Shown: positions 26,341 to 36,451, counted from the stretch's first letter. The stretch is 64,000 nucleotides of DNA from Anaerolineales bacterium (GCA_021108255.1 JAIORG010000072.1:95-64094); one strand, 5' to 3'. Made by a program: numbers and translations. Notes: generated by a model from the sequence alone, not told the origin.

Positions 26341-27525
26341 ATGGCAAATAAACAACAGGATTCTGGGGAAAAGGGTTCAAAAACTATTTCTATTGGACTG
26401 GTGGGTTTTGGAGGAATTGGCAAATTGCATACGGTAAATTGGCGCAATCTTCATCTCTATTATCCAGATCTACCCGTTACATTAAAACTCCGGGGAGCAG
26501 CAGCAAGAACCAAAGACTCGGCGGATCAAGCAGTTCAGCAGGGCGGGTTTGAATACGGAACGACAGATTACCAGGAATTAATGGATGACCCAGAAATTAA
26601 CCTGATTGATATCTGTACGCCCAACAATCTCCACTATTCAATCTTTAAGGCAGCTTTGAGAGCAGGTAAACATATTTACTGTGAAAAACCCCTGGCTTTA
26701 AACCTGGAAGAAGCGGAGGAGATGCTGGCCCTGTCAGAGGCATCAGACCGGGTTGTTCAATTAGCTTTTAATTATCGGTTTATTCCTGCGGTGATGCGGG
26801 CTAAACAATTAATCGAGGAAGGGTTCCTGGGGGAGGTCATTAACTTCCGGGCGCAATATTTCCACACTGGCTACCTGAATCCAAATAAACCAATGTCCTG
26901 GCGTCTTGACCAAGGGGCATCAGGGGGAGGGGCTTTGGTTGATCTAGGTTCCCATGTTATAGATTTGATGCTCTATTTAGCAGGGCCGTTTAATAGAGTC
27001 CTGGCGCACACAAAAACATTTATCAAGCAGCGCCCGGTTGAGAAAGGAAGCCGTCAAAATGCGGAAGTTATGGTGGATGATCATGCTCAACTTATGGTGG
27101 ATTTAGTTGGAGGGGGAGTAGGGATCGTTGAGGTTTCTCGGGTCGCCCAGGGGACAACAGATGACCTAAACTTTGAAATTCATGGGAGCAAAGGAGCGAT
27201 CAAATTTGATGTCATGGATCCGAATTGGCTTTATATCTATGATGCCGGGGATAAGAAGGAACCGCTTGGAGGGGAAAATGGATTCAAACAGGTTCAAACG
27301 ATGCACAGTTATCCATCAAATGCTATCCCGGGAGCCAGAAGTATGGTCAATGCTATGGGCATGCACGCCAATTCCCAATACCAGATGATCCTAGCGGCGG
27401 CCGGGCTGCAGAGTGCCAGCCCCACCGCCCGGGATGGTTATCTTGTTCAGCAAGTGTTGGATGCCAGCTATCGTTCTGCCCGGGAAGAAACCTGGGTGGA
27501 TTTACCTTCTAGGAAAGGGGAATAA
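26341..27525 (+). CDS. Gfo/Idh/MocA-family NAD(P)-dependent oxidoreductase
   Basis: Rossmann loop GLVGFGGIGKLH and the EKP motif (CEKPLA), followed by a C-terminal alpha/beta domain. Confidence 0.85.
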   Translation: MANKQQDSGEKGSKTISIGLVGFGGIGKLHTVNWRNLHLYYPDLPVTLKLRGAAARTKDSADQAVQQGGFEYGTTDYQELMDDPEINLIDICTPNNLHYSIFKAALRAGKHIYCEKPLALNLEEAEEMLALSEASDRVVQLAFNYRFIPAVMRAKQLIEEGFLGEVINFRAQYFHTGYLNPNKPMSWRLDQGASGGGALVDLGSHVIDLMLYLAGPFNRVLAHTKTFIKQRPVEKGSRQNAEVMVDDHAQLMVDLVGGGVGIVEVSRVAQGTTDDLNFEIHGSKGAIKFDVMDPNWLYIYDAGDKKEPLGGENGFKQVQTMHSYPSNAIPGARSMVNAMGMHANSQYQMILAAAGLQSASPTARDGYLVQQVLDASYRSAREETWVDLPSRKGE

Positions 27526-27610
27526 AACCGAAAAAACACGAGATTATTTAACTTCATTCTTCTAGTTGTATTCCTGAATTTCAGATTAACAAACAGTGGT
27601 AGCACACAAA

Positions 27611-27639
27611 CGCCTGCTGAAACATCAACTCAGCAGGCG
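27611..27639. terminator. Bidirectional hairpin terminator between convergent genes
   Basis: Perfect 10-bp stem CGCCTGCTGA / TCAGCAGGCG with a 9-nt loop. Both flanks are T-rich when read in each direction. Confidence 0.6.
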
Positions 27640-27702
27640 GATTATTGTTTTGGTATCTTTCTGTTTCAATTACAGCTCTTTGAGGTACTTATTGATAACT
27701 CC

Positions 27703-29097
27703 TTAGGCATGAATAGCATTACCCGTCACAGCTTTGGCAGCTTCGTGCAGCACCTCGCTTAGAGTGGGGTGGGCATGAACGTTGTGTCCAATTTCAGCAG
27801 GGGTGAGTTCCATCTGCTGAGCCAGTGTTAATTCAGGCAGCAATTCTGTCACCTCTGGTCCAATCATGTGTGCGCCCAGTATTTCCCCATACTTTTCATC
27901 AACGACAAGTTTAACCCAGCCTCCGTAATCGTTCATCCCTAATGCTTTCCCGTTGGCCTGGAAATTAAATCGGCCTACAGCAACCTCGTATCCAGCATCC
28001 TTGGCTTGTTGCTCGGTTAAACCGAAGGAAGCTACCTGGGGATGGCAGTAAGTTGCCCGGGGCATATTCTGGTATTTGATTTCAGTTGAAGGAACTCCAG
28101 CAATATGTTCGGCGCAGATTACTCCCATTGCCATGCCAACATGAGCCAGCATTAATTTCCCGGTCACATCACCAATAGCCCAGATGCCAGGAACATTGGT
28201 TGCCATAGACTCGTCAATTTCGATAAATCCATTCTTGTCCACCTTTACCCCCGCTTTATCCAAACCTAAATCCTGGCTGTTGGGGACAAAGCTGGTTGCC
28301 AGTAGAACTTGATCGGTAGAGATTTTTTCCTCTCCCTCCGGTGTTTCCACCACCACATTCACTTTTGTCTTAAGTGTTTCAACTTTAGTTACTTTACTCT
28401 TGATCAGGGTGGTTATGCCTTGTTTGTTAATCGCCTTCTGCAGAGCAGCGCTGATTTCTTCATCTTCATTTGGAACAATTCGGTCAATCATTTCTACAAC
28501 AGTCACCGGTACCCCATAGCTGTTCCAAATGGTAGCAAATTCCATCCCAATGGCTCCCGCTCCGACAACCAGGGCGGATTTGGGCAAAGTGTCCTGCAAA
28601 ATAGCTTCCTTATAGGTAACAACCTGTTTACCGTCAATTTCGATGCCTGGGATGATAAAAGGCCTGGCGCCGGTAGCAATGATGATGTTATCCGCCTGAA
28701 GTTCTTCGGGCCCATTTTCACCGCTGATTTGAACTGTGTTTTGGGAGGTAAAAACTGCGTTGCCGGAGAAGAGGGTAACCTTGTTTTTCTTTAATAAATA
28801 TTCCACACCCTTGGTCAGTCGTTTTGAAACCTGGCGGCTGCGTTTAACCGCAGCGCCGTAATCGAGTTTTAGATTATCAAACGAAAAACCAAAATCTTTC
28901 CCCTGGGTGCGGAGAGTATAAGCTACCTCGGCGTTTTTAAGCAGGCTTTTGGAAGGGATGCAGCCGACATTAAGACACACGCCGCCTAAAAATTCCTTCT
29001 CTACTATCGCGACTTTCTGTCCCAGTTGGGCGGCTCGAATAGCAGCCACATACCCTGCAGGACCCGCACCTATAACAATCAAATCAAATTTACTCAT
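27703..29097 (-). CDS. lpdA: Dihydrolipoyl dehydrogenase (E3)
   Basis: GAGPAGY FAD loop, redox disulfide GGVCLNVGCIPSK, NAD loop GAGAIGME, and C-terminal HAHPTLSE. Start set to ATG 29097 (MSKFDLIVIG). Confidence 0.9.
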   Translation of the reverse strand: MSKFDLIVIGAGPAGYVAAIRAAQLGQKVAIVEKEFLGGVCLNVGCIPSKSLLKNAEVAYTLRTQGKDFGFSFDNLKLDYGAAVKRSRQVSKRLTKGVEYLLKKNKVTLFSGNAVFTSQNTVQISGENGPEELQADNIIIATGARPFIIPGIEIDGKQVVTYKEAILQDTLPKSALVVGAGAIGMEFATIWNSYGVPVTVVEMIDRIVPNEDEEISAALQKAINKQGITTLIKSKVTKVETLKTKVNVVVETPEGEEKISTDQVLLATSFVPNSQDLGLDKAGVKVDKNGFIEIDESMATNVPGIWAIGDVTGKLMLAHVGMAMGVICAEHIAGVPSTEIKYQNMPRATYCHPQVASFGLTEQQAKDAGYEVAVGRFNFQANGKALGMNDYGGWVKLVVDEKYGEILGAHMIGPEVTELLPELTLAQQMELTPAEIGHNVHAHPTLSEVLHEAAKAVTGNAIHA

Positions 29098-29125
29098 GAT
29101 TTTCCTCTTCCTGAAATTTTCTAAT

Positions 29126-30118
29126 TTATTCTTCAAAGGGGAATTTATGCCCCCATTGTTCCCGAACTGTATCCAGCGTTTTCATTATGCTCAGGGTTTC
29201 ATCCAGCGGCATAATATCTGATTCGGTTTTCCCCTCTTTAATGCAGCCCATTACTTCCATGGCCTCGTATTCATATCCGTTATATCCATCAATCGGTAAG
29301 GAGATCAGCTCGGGATCTTTTCCTTCCACATGCAGGGTCATTTTAACCGGTTTGTACCAGGGTGAATGGACCACGATTTTACCCTTGCTGCCAAATACAA
29401 TGGCATCTTTGTCGTCGTAGGAGATCTGGGAGGACATCAGGCACACCAATTGGCCCTGGGAGTAACGCAGCACCAGCGAGGTCTGGTAATCTGCACCGCT
29501 CTCCCCAAAACTTGCCAGGCCGGTAACCGCTTCAGGTTCTCCGAACAGGCTGGAAGCCCAGGATACTCCGTAAGAAGCGGTATCCAGCAGGACCCCTGCG
29601 CCGAGGTTAAGATCAAAGAAGCGGTTCTTTAGGTCATAGGCCGGTTTGGCAAGAAAATTGATTGTGATGCCGTTTGTTTTTCCGATCACCCCTTCTTTCA
29701 ACAATTCCCGAATCCGGACGTGGATAGGGAAGAACCTGGTCCACATAGCTTCCATCAGGAATAGATTCTTTTCCCTGGCCAGGTCAACCATGATTTGGGC
29801 TTGTTTGGCGTTGATTGAAAATGCTTTTTCACACAGGACATGCTTCCCCTGGTTAAGACTCATTGTTACGTCGCGCAGGTGATAAACACCCGGGGTGCCG
29901 ATATAGATGATATCAATATCAGGATCAGCGGCTACTTGTTCGTATTCTGTGTACCGGCGGGAAATATTAAATTTATCCCCGAATGCGTCCGCGGTATCTT
30001 GATTCCTGGAACCGACCGCCAGCAGCTCGGCATGTTCAGGGATATTGTTTAACGCTTCAGCGAAACGGGTGGCTATTTTTCCTGTACCCAGGATGCCCCA
30101 TTTTATTTGATCAGACAT
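29126..30118 (-). CDS. Gfo/Idh/MocA-family oxidoreductase
   Basis: GILGTGKIA Rossmann loop and the CEKAF (EKP-type) motif. Start set to ATG 30118 (MSDQIKWGILG) with GGAGA upstream. Confidence 0.85.
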   Translation of the reverse strand: MSDQIKWGILGTGKIATRFAEALNNIPEHAELLAVGSRNQDTADAFGDKFNISRRYTEYEQVAADPDIDIIYIGTPGVYHLRDVTMSLNQGKHVLCEKAFSINAKQAQIMVDLAREKNLFLMEAMWTRFFPIHVRIRELLKEGVIGKTNGITINFLAKPAYDLKNRFFDLNLGAGVLLDTASYGVSWASSLFGEPEAVTGLASFGESGADYQTSLVLRYSQGQLVCLMSSQISYDDKDAIVFGSKGKIVVHSPWYKPVKMTLHVEGKDPELISLPIDGYNGYEYEAMEVMGCIKEGKTESDIMPLDETLSIMKTLDTVREQWGHKFPFEE

Positions 30119-30156
30119 AAGATTCTCCTCACTTTTTAATAATATGAGACAAAAGA

Positions 30157-30579
30157 TCAATCAAAATCAATTCCTTCCTCAGCCCAGACAATCTTTCCTT
30201 CTTTTTCCCTTCTGGCAGGAATGACACAAAGAAACCCCAGGGGTTCCATCCCTGTATTGGTTATCTGATGAAGAATATCGGGAGGGATATGAATGATATC
30301 TCCCCGGCTTATGAGGTGTGTTTCTTCATCAAGCAACACTTCCCCTTGACCCTGCAGGATCAGGACTCCGTGATCGTATGGGTGCTGTTCTTTTCTGGAG
30401 TACCCCTTGGGGCCAACCTCGTAATAGCGGAAGGCAAAGTTCTCGGCGCCTTCTTTTTTGCCAATAATCCAGGTTTCAGAGACCTGGTTTACTTCCTCGT
30501 TCTGGTACATTCGGGAGCGAGCGCCATCCCATTTGAAAATCTGTTTCCAATCGCCGTTAAATTTACGTATCGTTCCCAT
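30157..30579 (-). CDS. Cupin-domain protein
   Basis: Cupin_2 pattern: HPYDHGVLILQGQGEV...GDIIHIPPDILHQITNTG. Confidence 0.7.
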   Translation of the reverse strand: MGTIRKFNGDWKQIFKWDGARSRMYQNEEVNQVSETWIIGKKEGAENFAFRYYEVGPKGYSRKEQHPYDHGVLILQGQGEVLLDEETHLISRGDIIHIPPDILHQITNTGMEPLGFLCVIPARREKEGKIVWAEEGIDFD

Positions 30580-31408
30580 GTTCAGTTCCTTTTGATCTAA
30601 GTGTGGATGCGCCCAGGATAGCTGCGAGGTCAGCTAATGAAATTCTTGAGGTTAGGTCATAACTTAATGGTGTAATGGATACCAATCCTTGAGCCATCGC
30701 ATAAGCATCTGTGTCTTGACTTAGATACTTGCCTTTGCTGGGAGTGTAAGAGATTTTTTCTGGAGCCCCGAATTGCTGGTTACGATTCTGAATTGAAGGA
30801 GTGTAATAAGGCAAACGGTCCTGCCGGGTTACGACACATTTTGTTTCTGTTGAGGCAGAAAGAGGAATTTCCAATTTAAGCACATCGGCATCAAAAGGAA
30901 GGGACTCGTTCAGCATTTTTTCAGCAATTTTACGAGTGAAATACACAGCGGTGGAGAAATCCACATTTTCGCTGTAGCTGTGATAATCAACGCTATCAAT
31001 TTCCTGGGAGACCGCCAAAGTTGGTATTCCTTTTTCTGCAGCTTCAAGCGCAGCCCCTATTGTTCCAGAGACTGTAACACAACTGCCAATATTCTCGCCA
31101 TAGTTTATACCGGAAACTGCCAGGGCGATATTCCGGTCAGATAATTCGAGCCTGGCGTGTACAACAGCCAGGGCTGGGGTTGCCTTTACGCCGAACCCTT
31201 CCCAAGTATGGTTTTCGTATTTAACGATTGTTTTTGTTATTGTCCCGTCCCCACCACAGTTCTGGGTCCGGCTTCTCCCCATGCTGGTTTGTTGTTCGAA
31301 GGGAGCGACTATTAACAAATCTCCCAGTGGGTGAAGCGCTTCAGCGGCAGCAGCCAGCCCGGGAGATTGAATGCCGTCGTCATTAGTGAGCAGGATTAAT
31401 GGTTTCAT
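30563..31408 (-). CDS. surE: 5'/3'-nucleotidase SurE
   Basis: ILLTNDDGIQSPGL N-terminal signature and SGINYGEN are present. Confidence 0.9.
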   Translation of the reverse strand: MKPLILLTNDDGIQSPGLAAAAEALHPLGDLLIVAPFEQQTSMGRSRTQNCGGDGTITKTIVKYENHTWEGFGVKATPALAVVHARLELSDRNIALAVSGINYGENIGSCVTVSGTIGAALEAAEKGIPTLAVSQEIDSVDYHSYSENVDFSTAVYFTRKIAEKMLNESLPFDADVLKLEIPLSASTETKCVVTRQDRLPYYTPSIQNRNQQFGAPEKISYTPSKGKYLSQDTDAYAMAQGLVSITPLSYDLTSRISLADLAAILGASTLRSKGTEHGNDT

Positions 31409-32220
31409 GACTGGTGCACCTCGAGCAGGGCCTGGTGCAATTGGGAGATATCTTCGTAAATAAAGTCCGGTTTAATATCGCTGCGGCTGATTTCCTCCCG
31501 GGAAGTCACCCCGGTGAGGACTGCTGCTGTCCGAATTCCCAGATTAGAAGCTCCCAGGATGTCAGTCTCCAGGCGGTCCCCGACCATGAGGGTATCCTCG
31601 GGCTTTGCGCCGAATTCCTTTAACGCGGTTTGAAAGATTGCCGGGTGCGGCTTGCCGGCCACAAAAGGCTTTACTCCCGAGGCAAATTGAAGTGCGCCGA
31701 TTACCATGCCTGTTCCTGGGTTTATTCCTTCTGGAGTAGGGAAAGAACCATCTGTATTTGTGGCAATGAAGGCGGCGCCGTTCATGATCAACCTCATGGC
31801 GATTTTAATCTTTTGATGATTGATCTGGCGGTCCATTCCCGCCACAACTGCGACTACTTCTTTCCCTGGATTTTCTTCTCCAATGGATAACTGGAAACCG
31901 GCATCTTCCAGGGTTGTTATCAGCCCATCCATGCCAACCACGTGGAGAGGAGCCCCTGGTCCAAATCGTTCAAGCAGGTACTCTGCCGTGGTGGTGGAAC
32001 TGGTAATCACGGAGTTTGAATTGGCGGAGATGCCAAATTTTCCAAGCTTATCTATGTAATCCTGGGCGGTGCGTGTGCTGTTATTTGTTAACAAAGCCCA
32101 GTTGATTCCGTTCCCAACTAAAAACTCAATAAAGGGATTTATTCCTGGAAGTGGATTGTCCGTTATCCACAAGACACCATCTGCATCCAGAAGGATGGTT
32201 TTGAATTTTACCAACTTCAT
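31405..32220 (-). CDS. HAD-IIA family sugar-phosphate phosphatase (NagD-like)
   Basis: LLDADGVLW (DxDG), LTNNSTRT, GKPHP and GDRLETDI are present. It overlaps surE by 4 nt. Confidence 0.85.
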   Translation of the reverse strand: MKLVKFKTILLDADGVLWITDNPLPGINPFIEFLVGNGINWALLTNNSTRTAQDYIDKLGKFGISANSNSVITSSTTTAEYLLERFGPGAPLHVVGMDGLITTLEDAGFQLSIGEENPGKEVVAVVAGMDRQINHQKIKIAMRLIMNGAAFIATNTDGSFPTPEGINPGTGMVIGALQFASGVKPFVAGKPHPAIFQTALKEFGAKPEDTLMVGDRLETDILGASNLGIRTAAVLTGVTSREEISRSDIKPDFIYEDISQLHQALLEVHQS

Positions 32221-32238
32221 AGTAGGCCTTCAGGGTTG

Positions 32239-33200
32239 TTATTTTTCCTTTTGACAACGTTCCTGTGCCAATTCCAGCACTCGGAGAGCTGTGAGGTTGT
32301 CTGTTACCAGGGAGTTTATGAACCTCCCGCAGGTTGCGCCCAAAATAGCTTCCGCTTTTTCAATATTGCCGGCTACGCCCAGGCGAATAGGAATTTCTAG
32401 GATTCCGGGCAGAGAGGTTCCAATCCGCCGTTGATGAAAATCAATCGGGGCAAGGTTCCCCTCAATGTCAAAATATATCGCACAAACATCTCCCACGGCA
32501 TCAGCCGCTCGAATAGTCTTTATATCTTGCAGGGAGATATGATTTTCTTTATATAGGCTGCAGAATTCCGATTTGGTTGTGCCAATTCCCATCAAGGCAA
32601 TATCACATTCTTTTCCAATTGAGACTGCTTTTTCAACAGTTGGATCTTTTAACAAAGAGGCGGCCGTTTTTTCATTCTCAACAATAAATGGCGAGAATAA
32701 ATAAGTCCCCTCCCCGCCGATTTTTTGAGCCATTTGCTCGACCAGAATCTGGGCGCTATATGAATGACGGGTTGATCCCAATACGCCCACCAACTGAACA
32801 ACCGTAGTGTCCTTGATTGGAATAGTTTCAAAGGCCTCAATGGTCGCTTGAACAGTTGTTTGTGTCCGGGCTTAATGAGATTGGCCAATAATCTTGAAGC
32901 GGCTTTGCCGAGCTGCTTCCTGATTTCGTCATAATCTGGCTGATTGCTGAAAACCACTACAGATACATGTTTAAGGTTGAGTGTTTTCTGAAGTTTACTT
33001 TCCAGTTCACGATCATACTGGAAGGGACGGTGGATAATAATCTCTACAATGCTTTTCTCCCGGGCCTCGGTTAACATCCGGGAGACGGCGGATCGGGTTA
33101 AGCCAATCATCTCCGCGATCTCGGTTTGTTTTTTATCCTCTTGATAATATTTCTCGGCTACAAAGGCTAATAGTTCATCACGCTCGTTGTTATTTCCCAT
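32239..33200 (-). pseudogene. SorC/DeoR(Bsu)/CggR-family sugar-binding transcriptional regulator, interrupted by a frameshift near 32858-32871
   Basis: The N-terminal HTH part (MGNNNERDELL...EIAEMIGLTRSAVSRMLTEAREK...LIKPG) is in one frame. The sugar-binding domain (TTVQATIEAFE...VVQLVGVLGS...DIALMGIGT...GDVCAIYFDIEGN) is in another. The two track ORFs (32649-33245 and 32239-32793) overlap, and the joined length of about 320 aa equals the family norm. Confidence 0.8.
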
Positions 33201-33252
33201 GGGGATAACCCTATTAAATTTTATTAGTGGTCGAATATGTGACAAATTTCCA

Positions 33253-33281
33253 TTGACAGATGGCTAACTACCCACTATATT
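33253..33281 (+). promoter_or_regulatory. Near-consensus promoter of the PTS EIIABC unit
   Basis: TTGACA (33253-33258), a 17-nt spacer, then TATATT (33276-33281). Confidence 0.55.
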
Positions 33282-33287
33282 ATATCA
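33279..33287 (-). promoter_or_regulatory. Extended -10 element (TGaTATAAT) pointing at the SorC regulator operon
   Basis: The minus-strand sequence TGATATAAT equals plus-strand 33279-33287. It overlaps the palindrome at 33284-33297. Confidence 0.35.
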
Positions 33288-33318
33288 CATATGTGATTGT
33301 TCACTTCACGTATGTAAG
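33284..33318. promoter_or_regulatory. Bipartite operator candidate, copy 1
   Basis: Perfect palindrome ATCACATATGTGAT (33284-33297) plus degenerate box TTCACGTATGTAAG (33305-33318). Their centres are 21 bp apart. Confidence 0.5.
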
Positions 33319-33551
33319 TGTTTGAAGAGAGCACTCCATTTTTAGATAAAAAATTAGCTGAATAATTAATGTGATTTGCTGATTGAGCTTGTTTGTATCT
33401 GCGACAGGGTGATAATATTAATTAAACAAGAAAGCAACAGTTCCCCGCTTATAAGGCGTGCGGTGGTCACGAATTTTAAGAATTGTTCAGCAAGGCATTG
33501 GTGAGATTAACTCTAGAGATAACAGAATAGAAAAAGACCAATGGATAATAG

Positions 33552-34007
33552 ATGAAAATCAAAGATTATTTATGTGATGATGCGGTGATAATTGGGCTAG
33601 ATGCCAGAGATTCTGAGCAAGTTATTCGTACTTTGGGTGGGAAGCTGCGCAATTTAGGATATGTCAAGGAAAATTTTGTTGAGGCGACTTTGGAGCGGGA
33701 GGCAAATTTGCCAACCGGGTTGCCTTTAGGGGGAGAGTACAACGCAGCCATTCCCCATGTGGACATTGAATATGTTAATCAATCAGCTCTAGGGCTGGCT
33801 ACTCTGAAACAGGATGTTGTGTTTTGTAATATGGTTGAAAACGATGTGGAAGTACCCTGCAGATTGGTGATTATGTTGGCTCTTGATCAACCAAAATCCC
33901 AGATTGAGATGCTGCAAAGCGTAGCAGCTGTGCTGCAGGATCAAGAAATTGTAAAAAAACTGGTTTCAGCTGAAACGGCAGAAGAAGTTTTTTCCATTCT
34001 GTCATAA
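33552..34007 (+). CDS. PTS EIIA component (EIIA-2: mannitol/fructose/galactitol/ascorbate type)
   Basis: PTS_EIIA_2 layout with the phosphorylatable His in AAIPHVD. EIIB and EIIC follow. Confidence 0.85.
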   Translation: MKIKDYLCDDAVIIGLDARDSEQVIRTLGGKLRNLGYVKENFVEATLEREANLPTGLPLGGEYNAAIPHVDIEYVNQSALGLATLKQDVVFCNMVENDVEVPCRLVIMLALDQPKSQIEMLQSVAAVLQDQEIVKKLVSAETAEEVFSILS

Positions 34008-34031
34008 GCATCATTAGAAAAGGATAAAAGT

Positions 34032-34316
34032 ATGGCAAAAACCGTGATCGTGTCTTGTGGAACTGGAATTGCCACTTCAACCGTAGCGGCAATAGCGATT
34101 GAAGAGGCCTGCAAGGAGGCTGGAATTGATGTCGTCACCAAGCAATGCAAAGGGCAAGAGATCCCTGAATTGCTGAAACAGGGAGCAGATTTGATTGTTA
34201 CCACCTCCGTTATGCGCTTTGATCCCGGGATCCCGGTGGTGAAAGGGCTGGCGTTTTTGACCGGAGTGGGCAAAGACGCGATTGTACAAGAGATTCTAGA
34301 TCACCTGAGAGAGTAG
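34032..34316 (+). CDS. PTS EIIB component (GatB/UlaB type)
   Basis: KTVIVSCGTGIATS with the active-site Cys near the N-terminus, and about 94 aa long. Confidence 0.85.
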   Translation: MAKTVIVSCGTGIATSTVAAIAIEEACKEAGIDVVTKQCKGQEIPELLKQGADLIVTTSVMRFDPGIPVVKGLAFLTGVGKDAIVQEILDHLRE

Positions 34317-34491
34317 TAACCAGAATTTGCTTTTAGTGTTCTTACTGGTACTGGTAAATCCAGCCAATAACTGATTTCAGGGAGATTGTGAGTTCTCTGC
34401 AAGTCTTCAAGGAGGTGATAAGTATTCCAAACAATCAGTAAAGTTAAGTAACGCACCACGTATTTTTTATTATTCTTTGGAGGATAAAAAA

Positions 34492-35886
34492 ATGGATTTC
34501 CTTACCATACTGAAGTCATTTGTTGACACCATGGGTGCCACAGTGCTTCTGCCCGTCTTCATTTTTATTTTTGCCCTTATCCTGGGCGCGAAAGCCGGTC
34601 GTGCTTTCCGGGCTGCTGTGACCATCGGTGTTGCTTTCATTGGTATTAACCTGGTAATCGGGTTGATGTGGGGTGCACTTTCCGGTGTGTCTCAGGCCCT
34701 TGTTACCAATGTAGGCATTGAACGCGATATCATTGACGTGGGATGGCCGGCAGCGGCAGCTGTGGCCTTTGCCACCGATGTTGGCTTGTGGGTAATTCCC
34801 GTTGGCTTGATCGTAAACTTTGCTCTCTTGATTCCTGGTGTAACCAAAACTCTTAACGTGGATATCTGGAACTTCTGGCACTATGCTTTGATTGGTTCCC
34901 TGGTAACCTACGCTTCTGGAAGTCTTCCCATGGGTTTGGCTGCCGCTGCTGTCGCTGCTGCCTTTATGCTCTTCCTGGGTGACTGGACTGCTAAAGGCAT
35001 TCAGGAATTTTATGACCTACCCGGCATCTCCATTCCTCACGGTATGACTGCCCCTATGGTTCCCCTGGCACTTCCTTTCAACTGGCTGTTTGACCGCATT
35101 CCTGGTCTGCGCGACGTGGATGCCGATCCGGATGGAATTGAAAAGAGCCTGGGTTCAACCTTCGGCGATCCGATGGTTATGGGGTTGGTAATTGGCTTGA
35201 TTCTTGGACTGATTGCCTACTTTGGTGAATTTGCCGGTGCCTTTATTCCCACCCTGGGGAAAATCATTGTGCTCGGTTTTGAGCTGGCCGCCGTTATGGT
35301 CCTGCTGCCCCGCATGGTCCGCATTTTGATGGAAGGACTTATCCCGGTTTCTGAAGCCGCCCGCGACTTCATGTCCAAGCGCGCTTCTGATCGCGAAGTT
35401 TACATCGGTCTGGATTCTGCAGTTCTGGTTGGACATCCTTCTGCGATTTCAACTGGTCTGCTTTTGGTACCGATTGCGATCTTGCTCTCCATCATTCTGC
35501 CTGGCAACCGCATGCTGCTCTTTGCTGACCTGGCAGTGCTGCCCTTCCTCTGTGCTCAGATTGCACCGATGGCAAAGGGTAACATCGTCCGGATGGTCTT
35601 TGTTGGAACCATTTTGTTGATCTTTGGTTTCTACTTCGCCAACGCTTTAGCCCCGGCCATTACCGCTATTGCTGGCGGAGCTGGGTTCGCCATCCCCGAA
35701 AATGCTGTACTGATTTCCAGTATTGCTGATGGATTTGTATGGTCACCGCTTGCCTTCATGCTCCTGGGTAAATACCTGGGTTGGATCGGCATTGGCCTGT
35801 TTGCGATCCTCACAGCCGCTCTGTTCTACTTCTACAAAAAGAACGAAGCTGCCTGGGACAAACTTGCTGGCGCAAGTGGAGAGTAA
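34492..35886 (+). CDS. gatC: PTS EIIC component, galactitol (GatC) family
   Basis: The N-terminus MDFLTILKSFVDTMGATVLLPVFIFIFALILGAKAGRAFRAA...IGINLVIGLM aligns by eye to E. coli GatC. GGAGG lies upstream of ATG 34492. Confidence 0.9.
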   Translation: MDFLTILKSFVDTMGATVLLPVFIFIFALILGAKAGRAFRAAVTIGVAFIGINLVIGLMWGALSGVSQALVTNVGIERDIIDVGWPAAAAVAFATDVGLWVIPVGLIVNFALLIPGVTKTLNVDIWNFWHYALIGSLVTYASGSLPMGLAAAAVAAAFMLFLGDWTAKGIQEFYDLPGISIPHGMTAPMVPLALPFNWLFDRIPGLRDVDADPDGIEKSLGSTFGDPMVMGLVIGLILGLIAYFGEFAGAFIPTLGKIIVLGFELAAVMVLLPRMVRILMEGLIPVSEAARDFMSKRASDREVYIGLDSAVLVGHPSAISTGLLLVPIAILLSIILPGNRMLLFADLAVLPFLCAQIAPMAKGNIVRMVFVGTILLIFGFYFANALAPAITAIAGGAGFAIPENAVLISSIADGFVWSPLAFMLLGKYLGWIGIGLFAILTAALFYFYKKNEAAWDKLAGASGE

Positions 35887-35916
35887 ACTACTAAGGTTAT
35901 CTTGACAAATAGAACC

Positions 35917-35957
35917 GGGGTGTGTAATCTCATAAAGGTTGCACACCCCCTTTCTTT
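35917..35957 (+). terminator. Weak terminator-like hairpin after gatC-type EIIC
   Basis: 8-bp stem GGGGTGTG (35917-35924) / CACACCCC (35942-35949) with a 17-nt loop and a CTTTCTTT tail. Confidence 0.4.
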
Positions 35958-35977
35958 GCTCTTGGAGGAAAATAAGC

Positions 35978-36451
35978 ATGGTCCGATCGTTTATTGAAGC
36001 TATATTAGGAGAAGTTGGACGGCAAATTTTATACTATTATGAAGCCAACGCTTATTGGATCAATGTCATAGTGTTGATCTATGGTGTATTTATGTTTGCT
36101 GCCTGGATGAACATGGTTAGAATTTACCGTTTCCTGATTGTGGAAATGGCAAAAGAAGCCCATACGTCCGAAGAACTCAATCGAAAAAAATCCAATAAAA
36201 AGATCCGTGATATCATCGGGATTCCCTGGGAAAAAGCCGTAGAGCAAGCTCCCTTTCCATTTCTCGCTAGAATTGGCGATCTGGTGCCCAAGCGGAACAC
36301 TATTGAAAATCTACAAGGATATTTTGACGAAAAGGACCTGGCCGATAAAACCTTGAAGGCTCTTCAAGGGGAAAATATACAAAAAATGATGCCCAGCTCC
36401 CGAAGAATGCTGCAAAAAGAGCTGGAAGAACGGAAGAAAAAATCAGCCTGA
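35978..36451 (+). CDS. Hypothetical single-pass membrane protein with a Lys/Glu-rich tail
   Basis: GGAGG lies upstream of ATG 35978. There is one hydrophobic segment (WINVIVLIYGVFMFAAWMNMV) and no motif I recognise. Confidence 0.45.
   Translation: MVRSFIEAILGEVGRQILYYYEANAYWINVIVLIYGVFMFAAWMNMVRIYRFLIVEMAKEAHTSEELNRKKSNKKIRDIIGIPWEKAVEQAPFPFLARIGDLVPKRNTIENLQGYFDEKDLADKTLKALQGENIQKMMPSSRRMLQKELEERKKKSA

Noticed and set aside
32649-32865. Treating 32649-33245 and 32239-32793 as two separate, overlapping genes.
   Set aside because: Together they reconstruct one SorC-family regulator (HTH plus sugar-binding domain). The 3' tail of the first ORF is out-of-frame nonsense over the second, so a single frameshifted gene is the simpler reading.
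33284-33297. Reading the palindrome as a CRP/FNR-type site.
   Set aside because: The CRP/FNR consensus is TGTGA-N6-TCACA. Here the half-sites are in the opposite arrangement (TCACA-TA-TGTGA) with 2-nt spacing, so it is not a canonical CRP/FNR box.
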